From an uncultured Candidatus Bathyarchaeia archaeon (GTDB lineage Archaea > Thermoproteota > Bathyarchaeia > RBG-16-48-13 > JAGMEO01), in the NCBI GenBank assembly GCA_964611975.1, contig CAZTBK010000004.1, positions 319 to 35,735 on the forward strand: DNA of 35,417 bases, in the 5' to 3' direction. The position numbers and the translations under genes are program-made. Shown piece after piece: positions 8,014 through 17,120 of this stretch. Every line of letters begins with the position of its first letter. The first letter of the stretch is position 1. The notes beneath the pieces are model-generated. The model did no database searches, had not been told where the DNA came from, and worked only from the letters and a program-made list of their open reading frames with translations.

Positions 8014-8797
8014 CCTGGGTTACCCACCTATATGTCTCTTCAATGCTCTTGACCTTTACACCAAGTCTTCCGAAGAAACGGTTTAAGTTGGTCAGGTCCC
8101 TTCGTAGGAACTGCTCCGCCAGCGGGTGCTCAAGGAGGACTGCTTGTGACATATCAAAGATGACCGGTCTTTCGTTCCAATTCATGATGTTATACTCGCT
8201 GAGGTCTCCATGGACAAGACCTGCTTTTCTGTAGAGGTCCTTGACGCACTTAAGCAAGCGGGCATACATCTCATTTGGGTTCTTTGGAGCCGCCTCTTTC
8301 AGAAGAGGGGCTGAGATATTTCCATCACCGACGAATTCCATCACTAGAACGTTTTTCTCGACCTGGATCGGTTTTGGCACGCATATGCCTGCCTCATACG
8401 CCCTTTTGAGGTTCTTATATTCCTTTTGAGCCCAAGCATAAACGAATGATCGAGCATCTTGTTTGACAGCCTTAAATCTGGGATCTCCTTGAATATACAT
8501 CAATCTCCCCCTCTTAAATTCGGAGGAGACGGTTAAGTAGATTTTTACTGCTAGATTCCTTCCATCAGGACCTATGCCATGATATATCCTGGCTTCTTTT
8601 CCTGATTTTACGACCCCCCCTATTCTCTTTAGCGTTCCTTGGTTTAGGAAGCGGTAAAGCGTCATTAAAGTTGGGCGATCAAAGACCTCTTCTAAGACCT
8701 CGTACTCCTCTGACCTCTTGTCCTTCATCAGTTGACTTTTTTCGTATCTCTCCTCCCTCATCCTCAGCTTATCCTCAACTCTTTTGCTCGTACGCAC
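8006..8797 (-). CDS. rio1: RIO-type serine protein kinase (Rio1)
   Basis: GGVVKSGKEARIY, LAVKIY, VHGDLSEYNIM and IFDMSQAV motifs, 263 aa. Confidence 0.9.
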   Translation of the reverse strand: MRTSKRVEDKLRMREERYEKSQLMKDKRSEEYEVLEEVFDRPTLMTLYRFLNQGTLKRIGGVVKSGKEARIYHGIGPDGRNLAVKIYLTVSSEFKRGRLMYIQGDPRFKAVKQDARSFVYAWAQKEYKNLKRAYEAGICVPKPIQVEKNVLVMEFVGDGNISAPLLKEAAPKNPNEMYARLLKCVKDLYRKAGLVHGDLSEYNIMNWNERPVIFDMSQAVLLEHPLAEQFLRRDLTNLNRFFGRLGVKVKSIEETYRWVTQDG

Positions 8798-8809
8798 ATC
8801 CTCTCATCC

Positions 8810-9118
8810 CTATTCTATTTTGATGTATCCATGTTTTCGTAGCCACTCAGCTTGGGCATCTGTGTATCTCCAAATAACATCCGCCCTTGTGTCGCGTTGA
8901 AAATCCCAAGGAGATACAAGAACTGTATCGCCTTCCTTTATCCAAACCCTCCTCTTCATCTTCCCTCTGATCCTGCAAGTCCTCGTATGCCCGTCTGTGC
9001 ACTTTACGAGTATCCTGTCGTATCCTAGTAGCCTGACCACTATCCCCAGAACCTCTCCCAGTCCTGGTAAAACTAGCCTCTTTATCTCCTTCTCTGTGAT
9101 GACCTTCCTCTTTCCCAC
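8810..9118 (-). CDS. eif1a: Translation initiation factor aIF-1A
   Basis: OB-fold sequence LGYDRILVKCTDGHTRTCRIRGKMKRRVWIKEGDTVLVSPWDFQ, 102 aa. Confidence 0.92.
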   Translation of the reverse strand: MGKRKVITEKEIKRLVLPGLGEVLGIVVRLLGYDRILVKCTDGHTRTCRIRGKMKRRVWIKEGDTVLVSPWDFQRDTRADVIWRYTDAQAEWLRKHGYIKIE

Positions 9119-9233
9119 TTCTTCTCCTTTCCCTTGCTAATCTCTCCTCTTTATAAGGGACCCCCTGTTTTTAAACATATAGAGCATCCACATAATCTTC
9201 CACCCATCCTTTACGTTCCTCGCTAACTAAGGA

Positions 9234-9668
9234 TCAGCCCAAAACTGTTTGTCCCCTCTTAATTATGTGAGTTACCTTTACCCCCATCTGTTGAAGATAT
9301 CTGCTGATATGTCTTCTATGGCAATATCTCGGGTCAACTTCCATGCACATTATGCAAACATTGTTCTTCTTCGCTAGCTTGATCAGATCACTTATGCCTT
9401 GCTTGAACATCTCCGTCTTCATCCAGTTCACATATCCTCCTGATCTGTAACCTCCAAGGCTTTCACCTAACCACACATATCGGATTCCAACCCTAGGAAG
9501 CCATTCCTCCATACGTTCACGCCTGAAGTGCTCAACTTTTGACGTTGGGAAGGAGCGTACATCACAAACGAGGGTTATCCTATGTTCCTTGAGCAAGGAC
9601 ACGAATTCCGGAATAGAACGGTTACTGTGACCGATAGTCCATATGGTAATGTGTTTCGACATGTGCAC
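9234..9668 (-). CDS. DUF488-family protein
   Basis: IWTIGHSNRSIPEFVSLLKEHRITLVCDVRSFPTSK..YVWLGESLGGYR is the characteristic DUF488 pattern. Confidence 0.75.
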   Translation of the reverse strand: MHMSKHITIWTIGHSNRSIPEFVSLLKEHRITLVCDVRSFPTSKVEHFRRERMEEWLPRVGIRYVWLGESLGGYRSGGYVNWMKTEMFKQGISDLIKLAKKNNVCIMCMEVDPRYCHRRHISRYLQQMGVKVTHIIKRGQTVLG

Positions 9669-9725
9669 GATGACCCCCTAAAGCGCGATTTTAATTCTCA
9701 AATCATAAGAGCGTTTTAGCACGCA

Positions 9726-10313
9726 TTAACCCGTTAGATTGCGTCCCCTTGTTGAGCAGAATTCGAGGGCGGAGGACGTGATCCATAATGAAGCGGCTGC
9801 TGAGGATATAATTTCAGGTACAGCTACTCCGGCATTATATGCCCCGGCCCAGTACAATATCCACGAGCTAAGGCCCATCATAAATGCTATCAAGGCCATG
9901 GGCGACCGTCTCTCTATGGAATATACGATAGATGTGAGCCCCAGTAATACAAAGAACAGTACAGAAACAACGTAATGCAAAAAACCGTACGCCTCATCGA
10001 ACGTGGCTATCAACTGGAGTGCAAAAGACGATCCCAGTAAACAGCGTCCACTATGCTTAGCATACTTCCTTAACATCATGACCGAATATATGGCGACGAG
10101 GAGACCAGCTGCCAGCAAACCAAAATTAAAGATCGGCGCAACCCTGCTTCTGATCGCGTGTCCGAGGTCGCTTAAAGCGTTCTCCTGCCAATTAAACCAT
10201 GGCGAGAGCATGACCGATGCTCCTATGAAAAAATATGCCACAAGAGGCCCAATCACACCTAAAATTGCGCATCCTCTCCATTCCATATGATCACGGCAGT
10301 AAAGAAAGATCAT
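9726..10313 (-). CDS. Multi-pass membrane protein (DUF998-like)
   Basis: About 6 hydrophobic helices. The WFNWQENALSDLGH motif after the first helix is typical of DUF998 as I recall the family. Confidence 0.6.
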   Translation of the reverse strand: MIFLYCRDHMEWRGCAILGVIGPLVAYFFIGASVMLSPWFNWQENALSDLGHAIRSRVAPIFNFGLLAAGLLVAIYSVMMLRKYAKHSGRCLLGSSFALQLIATFDEAYGFLHYVVSVLFFVLLGLTSIVYSIERRSPMALIAFMMGLSSWILYWAGAYNAGVAVPEIISSAAASLWITSSALEFCSTRGRNLTG

Positions 10314-10929
10314 ACCCCTTAAAGAAAAAGGCTATCGATTGTGTCGACGTTTTTACTTGATTTTAAAACATTTTAGATGCTGTAATCATCCTGTATCGTA
10401 TCCTCCACAAATGCTTTTTAATTCGCCCTTTAAGACCCCCGATATTGAGGTACCAGAGGACGGTAACTGATGTCGTAGATGGCTGAACTTGTCTTAGCTG
10501 AGACGACCACATAGTTTAGACATCATATGGTTAAGTATGAGGGTATGGTGGGAAGCAACGCAGATCAGGAAAACCGTTAAGGGCAAAGGTGGTCGCTCTC
10601 ACAAACATCGAGAAGGAACTTGACAATGAATACAAAAGCCTGTAGCGGCCCCCAAGACGACGAGAATGCGCCCCTTACTCTGCTAACAGGCAACAGGCAA
10701 AAAGACTCTACGAAAGGATTAAACGAGGCGGGAATGCCCCTTCAATTAGAAAGGACTTAATCAAGGTTAAAGGACACGGTTCGAAGATCCTAAGTGTTGG
10801 GCTAGATTTCAGTTAATGGCAGATAGAGCGGAGTATATGATAGCCATCAAACCTCACCGCGATAGGAAGGACATCACGAGGACGAAACATTAATGTTCAA
10901 CTACAACAATCTATCGTAGGTGTTCAGGT

Positions 10930-11112
10930 TTGAGTTCAAAGAGAAGGAGAAGTAAGGAAGCTCCGCTACCAGCAACGTCAGCAGGTTTGCTCAGGTTTTA
11001 CGAGGAGAAAACGCCCTCAAATCTAAGGCTCCGTCCAGAACTGATAGTTGTCCTGGCCTTTGCTCTTATGCTAATAGTCGTGCTGGCGGGCTGGTTGATA
11101 CCGGTTACTTAA
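10930..11112 (+). CDS. secG: Preprotein translocase Sec61 beta / SecG subunit
   Basis: 60 aa with a TTG start. Basic N-terminus, SAGLLRFYEE motif and a single C-terminal TM helix. Confidence 0.85.
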   Translation: MSSKRRRSKEAPLPATSAGLLRFYEEKTPSNLRLRPELIVVLAFALMLIVVLAGWLIPVT

Positions 11113-11160
11113 ATAAGAGCATCGTAGATAAACTATGGATGTCAAAGGGGGCTTTTAACG

Positions 11161-11913
11161 TTGTTTAGGGCAAAAATGCTGGACGCCCTCGCCTGGAAGA
11201 ACGCGATCACGGCCATATCATCGATCGTAGATGAAGCAAGCTTCAACATAACCCCGGAGGGGATCAGCCTGAGGGAGATGGACCCCTCACATGTGGCGAT
11301 GGTCGAGTTTGAGTGGCCAAAAGCATCTTTCGATGAGTACGTTTGCGATAATCCCATGAGGGTCTGCATAAACATAAGCGAAATGCTTAAGCTGCTGAGA
11401 AGGGTTCGAGGGGGCAATACGCTCGAGCTCACAGTAAATGAAGGGAAGAGCAGGCTGAACATGAGGTTAAGTGACAGCTACATCAAAAATTTTAGCGTCC
11501 CCATCCTGGAGCCGATAAGCGAGGAGGTCCCAACTCCTAATGTGGCCTTTGACGTAAAGGCCAGGGTTACAACGTCGTTCCTTAAGGACGCTATAGATGA
11601 TGCTTCCACAGTGAGCGATAGCATCAAGTTAGAGATGACGAAGGAAAAAATGATTATGAGTGCAGATGGTAGCCTCGGTAGCGTATCGATTGAGATAGAG
11701 AAGGAAAGCGAAAGCGCCCTTGGATTTGAGGTTAAGAAGGAGGCAAAGGCAACGTTCAGCCTGAGCTACCTGAGCGATATAATCAGATCAGCTTCCCCAT
11801 CCTCAAAAGTGGTTACGCTCGAGTTTTCCACAGACATGCCAATCAAGCTAAACTTTGAGCTGCCCAGTAAAGGGAAGCTTCAGTATTATCTTGCTCCGAG
11901 GATCGAAGGATGA
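11161..11913 (+). CDS. pcn: DNA polymerase sliding clamp PCNA
   Basis: 250 aa. MFRAKMLDALAWKNAITAISSIVDEASFNITPEGISLREMDPSHVAMV is the canonical PCNA N-terminus. Start is TTG at 11161 (alternative ATG at 11176). Confidence 0.93.
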   Translation: MFRAKMLDALAWKNAITAISSIVDEASFNITPEGISLREMDPSHVAMVEFEWPKASFDEYVCDNPMRVCINISEMLKLLRRVRGGNTLELTVNEGKSRLNMRLSDSYIKNFSVPILEPISEEVPTPNVAFDVKARVTTSFLKDAIDDASTVSDSIKLEMTKEKMIMSADGSLGSVSIEIEKESESALGFEVKKEAKATFSLSYLSDIIRSASPSSKVVTLEFSTDMPIKLNFELPSKGKLQYYLAPRIEG

Positions 11914-11958
11914 TCCCCTTAAATCTCAGTTAATGTTTTTATACTTACAGAGAAGGAA

Positions 11959-13011
11959 ATGGTTCTATCCAAGGCTGACATCGCAAAATATCCCTTTACT
12001 GTTGAATCAGCCAGATATGTCAAGAGCCTGGGCATCAGAATTGAAGATCTGGCCAGTAGAGAGTATGTGGGGATCGTAAACAGGGCTAGAGAGAGGATTG
12101 AAGAAGCCATCCTATACGGCATTGTAGGATGGAATGAGACCCCAAACTATGACATCGAAATTCTCTCCTTCCCGGTCTCGGTCATTATAGTATTATCGAT
12201 CGAGAGCGACCTTCTTAAAAAAAGATACTCTTTGGCGGAAGCGAAGAAGGCTTATAACTTGCTCAGAGTTGAGGACGACGAAAAGCTTGTCGATATAGCC
12301 TCCTCCTCGTTCGGTTGGGATACCAAGATGGTCACAGAAAACGCGCATCAAATTTACGACTTTGAGCTTAGCTTCGTTGATTACTTGAAGAATGCGCCTA
12401 GCTTTCATGACTATAAGTGGAAGCTAGTAAACAGGCTAATGGTCAACGGATACGTCTTTCTGATGAAGGATGAGATGGCAAGGCTGATCTCTGAGGAAGC
12501 GAGAAAGCGTATCCAGAGGAAACTGGAGGGAAGGATTAGAGTCGAGTTGCCGCCCATGTTAATTCAGGCTGCAAACGCCATCAGGCATCTACTCTTAACG
12601 CATCATAAAATCATTAAAATTGAGGAAACCCCACAGGTGGTTGTTAAGGAGGCGTATCCACCATGCATCAGAGAACTTAGTAAAAAACTCCTCTCTAACA
12701 GGACCCTCTCCCACATCGGTCGTTTCACCCTAACGTCATTTTTATTGAACATCGGTGTAAGCGTCGAAAATGTTGTCAAACTATTCACATCAGCGACGGA
12801 CTTCGATGAGGGCCTGACAAGATATCAAGTTGAGCACATAGCCGGAAAGAGGGGTTCCGGCACAAAATACACCCCACCAAGTTGCAGTACTCTGAGGACC
12901 TATGGTCTATGCCCAGGCATGGATAGCCTCTGTAAGAAAGTTAAACATCCGCTGAGATATTATAAGATAAGGCTCAAGCAAGTAAAAGCGGGAAGAGCAA
13001 AGAATGAATAG
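11959..13011 (+). CDS. priL: DNA primase large (regulatory) subunit PriL
   Basis: PPCI..HIGRFTLTSFLLNIG..YQVEHIAGKRGSGTKYTPPSCSTLRTYGLC matches the Fe-S domain region. Confidence 0.9.
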   Translation: MVLSKADIAKYPFTVESARYVKSLGIRIEDLASREYVGIVNRARERIEEAILYGIVGWNETPNYDIEILSFPVSVIIVLSIESDLLKKRYSLAEAKKAYNLLRVEDDEKLVDIASSSFGWDTKMVTENAHQIYDFELSFVDYLKNAPSFHDYKWKLVNRLMVNGYVFLMKDEMARLISEEARKRIQRKLEGRIRVELPPMLIQAANAIRHLLLTHHKIIKIEETPQVVVKEAYPPCIRELSKKLLSNRTLSHIGRFTLTSFLLNIGVSVENVVKLFTSATDFDEGLTRYQVEHIAGKRGSGTKYTPPSCSTLRTYGLCPGMDSLCKKVKHPLRYYKIRLKQVKAGRAKNE

Positions 13012-14245
13012 AGTAGCCGTGGAAGATTTCATAAGAAGCGAGTTCGCCCGCTATTACCACGACAACCCAGTTCAACCGCCGTCCTCTATGGAAAAGAGGG
13101 AGTTCGGCTTCCTCCTCTTCGGGGAGCGCACGATGCTTCGCCATAAATCCTTCCGTACCGAAGAGGATCTCAGAAACTTCATCAGGTCGATGGTCCCCTC
13201 AGACGTCTATTATTCAGCAGCCTACTATGAGAGGGCTGATGAGGAGATGAGTATGAAGGGTTGGCTCGGAGAGGACCTGATATTTGACATAGATGTAGAC
13301 CATATACATACGCCATGTAAAGCTCAACATGCGTATTGGGTATGTGAAAGGTGCTCAGAGATAGGCAAAGGTAAGCCCCCTTTGAGATGTCAGAGATGTG
13401 GGGGGAATAAATTCAGGGAGGAGATATGGCCGTGCGAAACGTGCATGGAGGCAACAAAAATGGAGACCTTAAAGCTAATAGACTTCTTAACGGACGACTT
13501 CGGCTTCTCCGAAGATGAGATAGCGATCTCGTTCTCTGGTCATAGAGGATATCACGTCCATATCGAGAGTGAGAAAGCATTATCCCTTGACCAGCTCGCG
13601 AGAAAGGAAATCGTCGATTACATCCTTGGAACAGGGTTGAAGGCAGAATTGCATGGATTATATGAGGAGGGAGGGAAGGGATCTAGAATGGTGGTGGGTC
13701 CAGACTTAGATGACAGAGGGTGGCGTGGTAAAATAGCCAGAGGGATATATGACTTTTTTGCCTCGCTCACACCAGAAAATCTGGAGGGGTTTGATGAGAT
13801 CGGAAAGAGAACTCTAAAAAGGCTCATTGACAAGAGGGATGGTATCCTTAAAAGTTGGAGGAAGGGGCAACCTTGGCAAGCCATTAGGGGGATAGGAATT
13901 AAGACTTGGGAAAAAATTCTGAAATATGCAGTCCAAGAGCAGGCTGCATGCATAGACACCGTAGTCACAACAGATATCCATCGACTGATACGCATGCCGA
14001 CGACCTTACATAGGAAAACGGGCTTCAGGGTGATAAAAATCCCAGTTAAAGATCTAGAGAGCTTCGATCCCTTCAGTGAAGCCATAGCCTTCAAAGGAGG
14101 TAACGTTGTTATCCGAGTTAACTGGGCTGAGAGGTTTAGGATTGGAGACACGATCTATGGGCCATATAAAGGGGAGACCGTTGAGTTACCACGAGGAGCT
14201 GCTATATTCCTACTCTGTAAAGGGGTCGCTGAGCCAGTCATATGA
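13004..14245 (+). CDS. priS: DNA primase small (catalytic) subunit PriS
   Basis: Catalytic DLIFDIDVDH, zinc-knuckle cysteines (CERC..CQRCG), SGHRGYHVH. Overlaps priL by 8 nt. Confidence 0.9.
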   Translation: MNRVAVEDFIRSEFARYYHDNPVQPPSSMEKREFGFLLFGERTMLRHKSFRTEEDLRNFIRSMVPSDVYYSAAYYERADEEMSMKGWLGEDLIFDIDVDHIHTPCKAQHAYWVCERCSEIGKGKPPLRCQRCGGNKFREEIWPCETCMEATKMETLKLIDFLTDDFGFSEDEIAISFSGHRGYHVHIESEKALSLDQLARKEIVDYILGTGLKAELHGLYEEGGKGSRMVVGPDLDDRGWRGKIARGIYDFFASLTPENLEGFDEIGKRTLKRLIDKRDGILKSWRKGQPWQAIRGIGIKTWEKILKYAVQEQAACIDTVVTTDIHRLIRMPTTLHRKTGFRVIKIPVKDLESFDPFSEAIAFKGGNVVIRVNWAERFRIGDTIYGPYKGETVELPRGAAIFLLCKGVAEPVI

Positions 14246-14270
14246 TTAAGGGAAAAGGGATATAGGGGCT

Positions 14271-14825
14271 ATGGACTACAAAGGTCTTTATAAGGTATGG
14301 AAGAGCGAGAAAGAGAAAAGTGAGCTATGCCCCCTGCCAAAAGGGTTTTACGGTAACTTGAGTCGATATGTAAAGGAGATCCAAGAGAAGAAGCGAGTGT
14401 TAGATAAAGGGACGATTGAGGCGAAGCTCATGGATAAGGAGGCTGAAAACGTGAGCGAGATGATCAGAGGTCTGATAGGCGCTCGCTGCCGAAAGATTAT
14501 TAGGGCCGCCTTGGAAGGGGAGGTACTGACTGAGGGCATGCTCGCACCAGAGGAAAAATACGCGTACGATCGCTTGACATCGGTTACAGATGCATTCGAT
14601 GAGCTTCTAAAGGATGTTTTATCCGGGCGACAGCCTCAAGTAAAGAAGGGACCAGCGAAGGGGCCCAAAAACATGGTTGTGAGGCTCCTCCAAGAGACAC
14701 CCGCCATAGTCGGCGTAAACATGAAAACCTATGGCCCATTTAAAGCAGAGGATGTGGCATCCCTGCCTGTTGAGAACGCCAAAATGTTAATAAGGAGAGG
14801 CGTGGCGGTAAGGGTGGAAACGTAA
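14271..14825 (+). CDS. GINS complex subunit (Gins51/15-type, judged from position next to priS)
   Basis: 184 aa and helical. The N-terminus LYKVWKSEKEKSELCPLPKGFY is GINS-like. The gene sits directly after priS, as in many archaea. Confidence 0.65.
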   Translation: MDYKGLYKVWKSEKEKSELCPLPKGFYGNLSRYVKEIQEKKRVLDKGTIEAKLMDKEAENVSEMIRGLIGARCRKIIRAALEGEVLTEGMLAPEEKYAYDRLTSVTDAFDELLKDVLSGRQPQVKKGPAKGPKNMVVRLLQETPAIVGVNMKTYGPFKAEDVASLPVENAKMLIRRGVAVRVET

Positions 14826-14826
14826 A

Positions 14827-15105
14827 ATGAAAGCGCCGAAAGTCATAGTGACATACTGTCCGCGATGTAAAAAACACACGGAACATACGGTATCCCTCTA
14901 TAAGAAGGGTAAGGACAGTGTACTAAGCGAGGGCGCGAGGAGATATAAGCGCAAACAAAAGGGATACGGAGGACAGAAGAAGCCCAAACAGAGGAGGGCG
15001 GCCAAGACAACAAAAAAGCAGAGTTTGAAATTAAAATGTAAGGTCTGTGGGTATGTAATCCAGAGAGCGGGTATAAGAGCGAAAAAGATCGAGGTTGAGA
15101 CATAG
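14827..15105 (+). CDS. rpl44e: Ribosomal protein L44e (eL42)
   Basis: YCPRCKKHTEHTV..KRKQKGYGGQKKP..KCKVCGY zinc-ribbon pattern. Confidence 0.92.
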   Translation: MKAPKVIVTYCPRCKKHTEHTVSLYKKGKDSVLSEGARRYKRKQKGYGGQKKPKQRRAAKTTKKQSLKLKCKVCGYVIQRAGIRAKKIEVET

Positions 15106-15120
15106 GCTGGTCGGTCTTGT

Positions 15121-15318
15121 TTGGGTAAATGGGGGCTTTTAATACCGAAACCCAAAAGCAAGTTCGTCTTAGTAAGATGCCCAAGCTGCGGGAATGAGCA
15201 GGTGGTCTTTGATCGAACCGCCACGGTCGTGAGATGCTACATATGCGGAGAGGTCCTGGCTGAACCCACAGGTGGCAAGGCTAAAATTCAGGGTGAAATA
15301 CTAAAAATATTGGGATAG
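15121..15318 (+). CDS. rps27e: Ribosomal protein S27e
   Basis: [40 protein letters not shown]. Confidence 0.92.
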   Translation: MGKWGLLIPKPKSKFVLVRCPSCGNEQVVFDRTATVVRCYICGEVLAEPTGGKAKIQGEILKILG

Positions 15319-15373
15319 GTCTTCCGCAACCTCTTTTATAAAGAATCACGATTGAAGATGGAGAGGTTTCACA

Positions 15374-16168
15374 ATGTCGCAGAAGAAGATGAAATGGCCT
15401 GAGGTCGGCGACCTAGTAATTGGTACAGTAACTCAAATAGTCCCGTATGGAGCATACGTCACTCTTGATGAGTACGGCATCAAAGGGGGGCTTTTGCACG
15501 TCTCAGAGCTCTCATCAAAGTGGGTAAAAAACATTAGGGATCATGTCAGGGAAGGGCAAAAGGTCGTCTTAAAGGTTATGAGAGTAGACGCTAAAAGGGG
15601 GCACGTGGACCTTTCATTGAGGAGGGTCACTGAAAGGGAACGAAGTACAAAGTTACTTGAGTGGAAACAACTAAGAAAGGGCATGGCCATCGTAAGGGCC
15701 GCGTCAGAGAAAATGAACGTCGATCCGAACAAAGCATACAAAAATATCGGCTCAAAGATAGAGTCGTACTACGGAAGCTTATATCTCGGACTTGAAGAGG
15801 CGCATGAGAAAGGAAAGGAAGCCCTATTAAAGGCCGGCGTCCCCGAGAGATGGGCCGAGGTCTTATCTGAAATAACGAAGGAAAAGATAAGAGTGCCGAA
15901 GGTCAAGGTCAAGGGCATCCTCCGCATCTCTTGCAGAAAGCCAGATGGGGTCAAACGCATACGCAGGGTCTTCAAGGAGGTTATGAGCATAGAGAAACCT
16001 GAGGGGATAAGCCTTAAGGCTTACATCCTAGGCGCCCCAAGATACAGGATAGAGGTCTCAGCTAAGAATTATAGGGACGCAGAAAGGGTTTTGGAGAGGG
16101 CTGTGCAGGTCGCCTTGAGGGGGATCAAGGCTGCTGGCGGCGAAGGAAGCTTCAAACGTGAGGTCTGA
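15374..16168 (+). CDS. eif2a: Translation initiation factor aIF-2 alpha
   Basis: N-terminal S1 domain (GDLVIGTVTQIVPYGAYVTLDEYGIKGGLLHVSELSSKWVKNIRD), 264 aa. Confidence 0.92.
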   Translation: MSQKKMKWPEVGDLVIGTVTQIVPYGAYVTLDEYGIKGGLLHVSELSSKWVKNIRDHVREGQKVVLKVMRVDAKRGHVDLSLRRVTERERSTKLLEWKQLRKGMAIVRAASEKMNVDPNKAYKNIGSKIESYYGSLYLGLEEAHEKGKEALLKAGVPERWAEVLSEITKEKIRVPKVKVKGILRISCRKPDGVKRIRRVFKEVMSIEKPEGISLKAYILGAPRYRIEVSAKNYRDAERVLERAVQVALRGIKAAGGEGSFKREV

Positions 16169-16179
16169 GGCTTAGGGAA

Positions 16180-16368
16180 GTGAAGCGACTTCTCAGAAGG
16201 TGTAAAAGATGTGGAAGGTACACCTTACATAAAGATAAGTGCCCGTATTGTGGAGGAGAGGTGCGAATACCCCATCCAGCCAAGTTCTCGATAGACGATA
16301 AGTATCTAAGATATAGGGTATTGATGAAAAGGAGGTCTCGAAGCGATGCAAACGGCCATCAAGGTTAA
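16180..16368 (+). CDS. nop10: H/ACA RNP component Nop10
   Basis: CKRCGRYTLHKDKCPYCGGEVRIPHPAKFSIDDKY. Confidence 0.9.
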   Translation: MKRLLRRCKRCGRYTLHKDKCPYCGGEVRIPHPAKFSIDDKYLRYRVLMKRRSRSDANGHQG

Positions 16369-17110
16369 AGAGGATGTCGAACTCAGAAATCCGGTTCTGA
16401 TTGAGGGTCTCCCAGGATTGGGGTCTGTGGGGGCGATCGCTGTTTCATATATGATAAAGGAGTTGAAAGCGATGAAGTTCGCAGAGCTCTACTCCCCATT
16501 TTTCCCACATCATGTGATAGTGGATAAGGATGGGAACGTTAGGCTCCTACGAGCGGAGTTTTACTTTTCGAGGGCAGGAGACAGAGACGTTATCCTTTTA
16601 ACGGGGGACAGTCAAGCTCAAACCATCTATGGCCAGTACGAGATGGTGAGCAAAATTTTAGATTTCGTAAAAAAATATGGGGTTAAGGTGATAATCACTC
16701 TAGGGGGATATTACGCAACGGTGAGAGGAGAAAGCCCTCGAGTGATCTGCGCTTCCACAGATCCTGCGCTTCAAAGTATTTTTTTAAATTCAGGGGCAGT
16801 CTCTAGCCCGACGAATAATCCCATAGCTGGGGCTGCGGGCCTCTTCCTAGGGTTGGCGAGGCTTAGAGGGATGGACGCCGCATGCCTTTTAGGCGAAACA
16901 GCGGGTCACATGCCTGACCCAAGGGCCGCAAAGAGCGTTTTAACGGTCCTTTGTGAAGCCCTCAGGTTTAAAATTAGCTTAAACGACTTGGACGAGGCCA
17001 TCAAGAGATCTGATAGGATCGTTAAAAGCGTCAGGGAGATTGAGAGGAAGGTGGAGTCGTTCGAAAGGACTCTGCGTAGAAGGAAAGAAGGGATCACTTA
17101 CATCAGCTGA
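16346..17110 (+). CDS. PAC2-family proteasome assembly chaperone-like protein
   Basis: NPVLIEGLPGLGSVGAIAVSYMI..ILLTGDSQA pattern. The position after nop10 is conserved in archaea. Confidence 0.78.
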   Translation: MQTAIKVKEDVELRNPVLIEGLPGLGSVGAIAVSYMIKELKAMKFAELYSPFFPHHVIVDKDGNVRLLRAEFYFSRAGDRDVILLTGDSQAQTIYGQYEMVSKILDFVKKYGVKVIITLGGYYATVRGESPRVICASTDPALQSIFLNSGAVSSPTNNPIAGAAGLFLGLARLRGMDAACLLGETAGHMPDPRAAKSVLTVLCEALRFKISLNDLDEAIKRSDRIVKSVREIERKVESFERTLRRRKEGITYIS

Positions 17111-17120
17111 TCCCCTCAAT

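Noticed and set aside
10466-10528. Possible C/D box sRNA (CTGATGT .. CTGA .. CTGA, with terminal GATGTC/GACATC complementarity)
   Set aside because: The C-box deviates from RUGAUGA at both ends, there is no convincing C'/D' arrangement or spacing, and the D box is not adjacent to the terminal stem.
10626-10760. 44-aa ATG-initiated ORF (MNTKACSGPQDDENAPLTLL..) in the secG upstream gap
   Set aside because: It is short, has no recognisable motif or ribosome-binding context, and a different frame across the same bases looks more protein-like.
13618-14151. Minus-strand 177-aa ORF inside priS. The same judgement applies to 2017-2433, 22033-22446, 25288-25806, 33646-33999, 14843-15224, 3848-4268 and 17719-18012.
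   Set aside because: All lie entirely within, and antisense or out of frame to, confidently identified genes. Their composition (Ser/Leu/Pro/Arg-rich) is typical of shadow frames.
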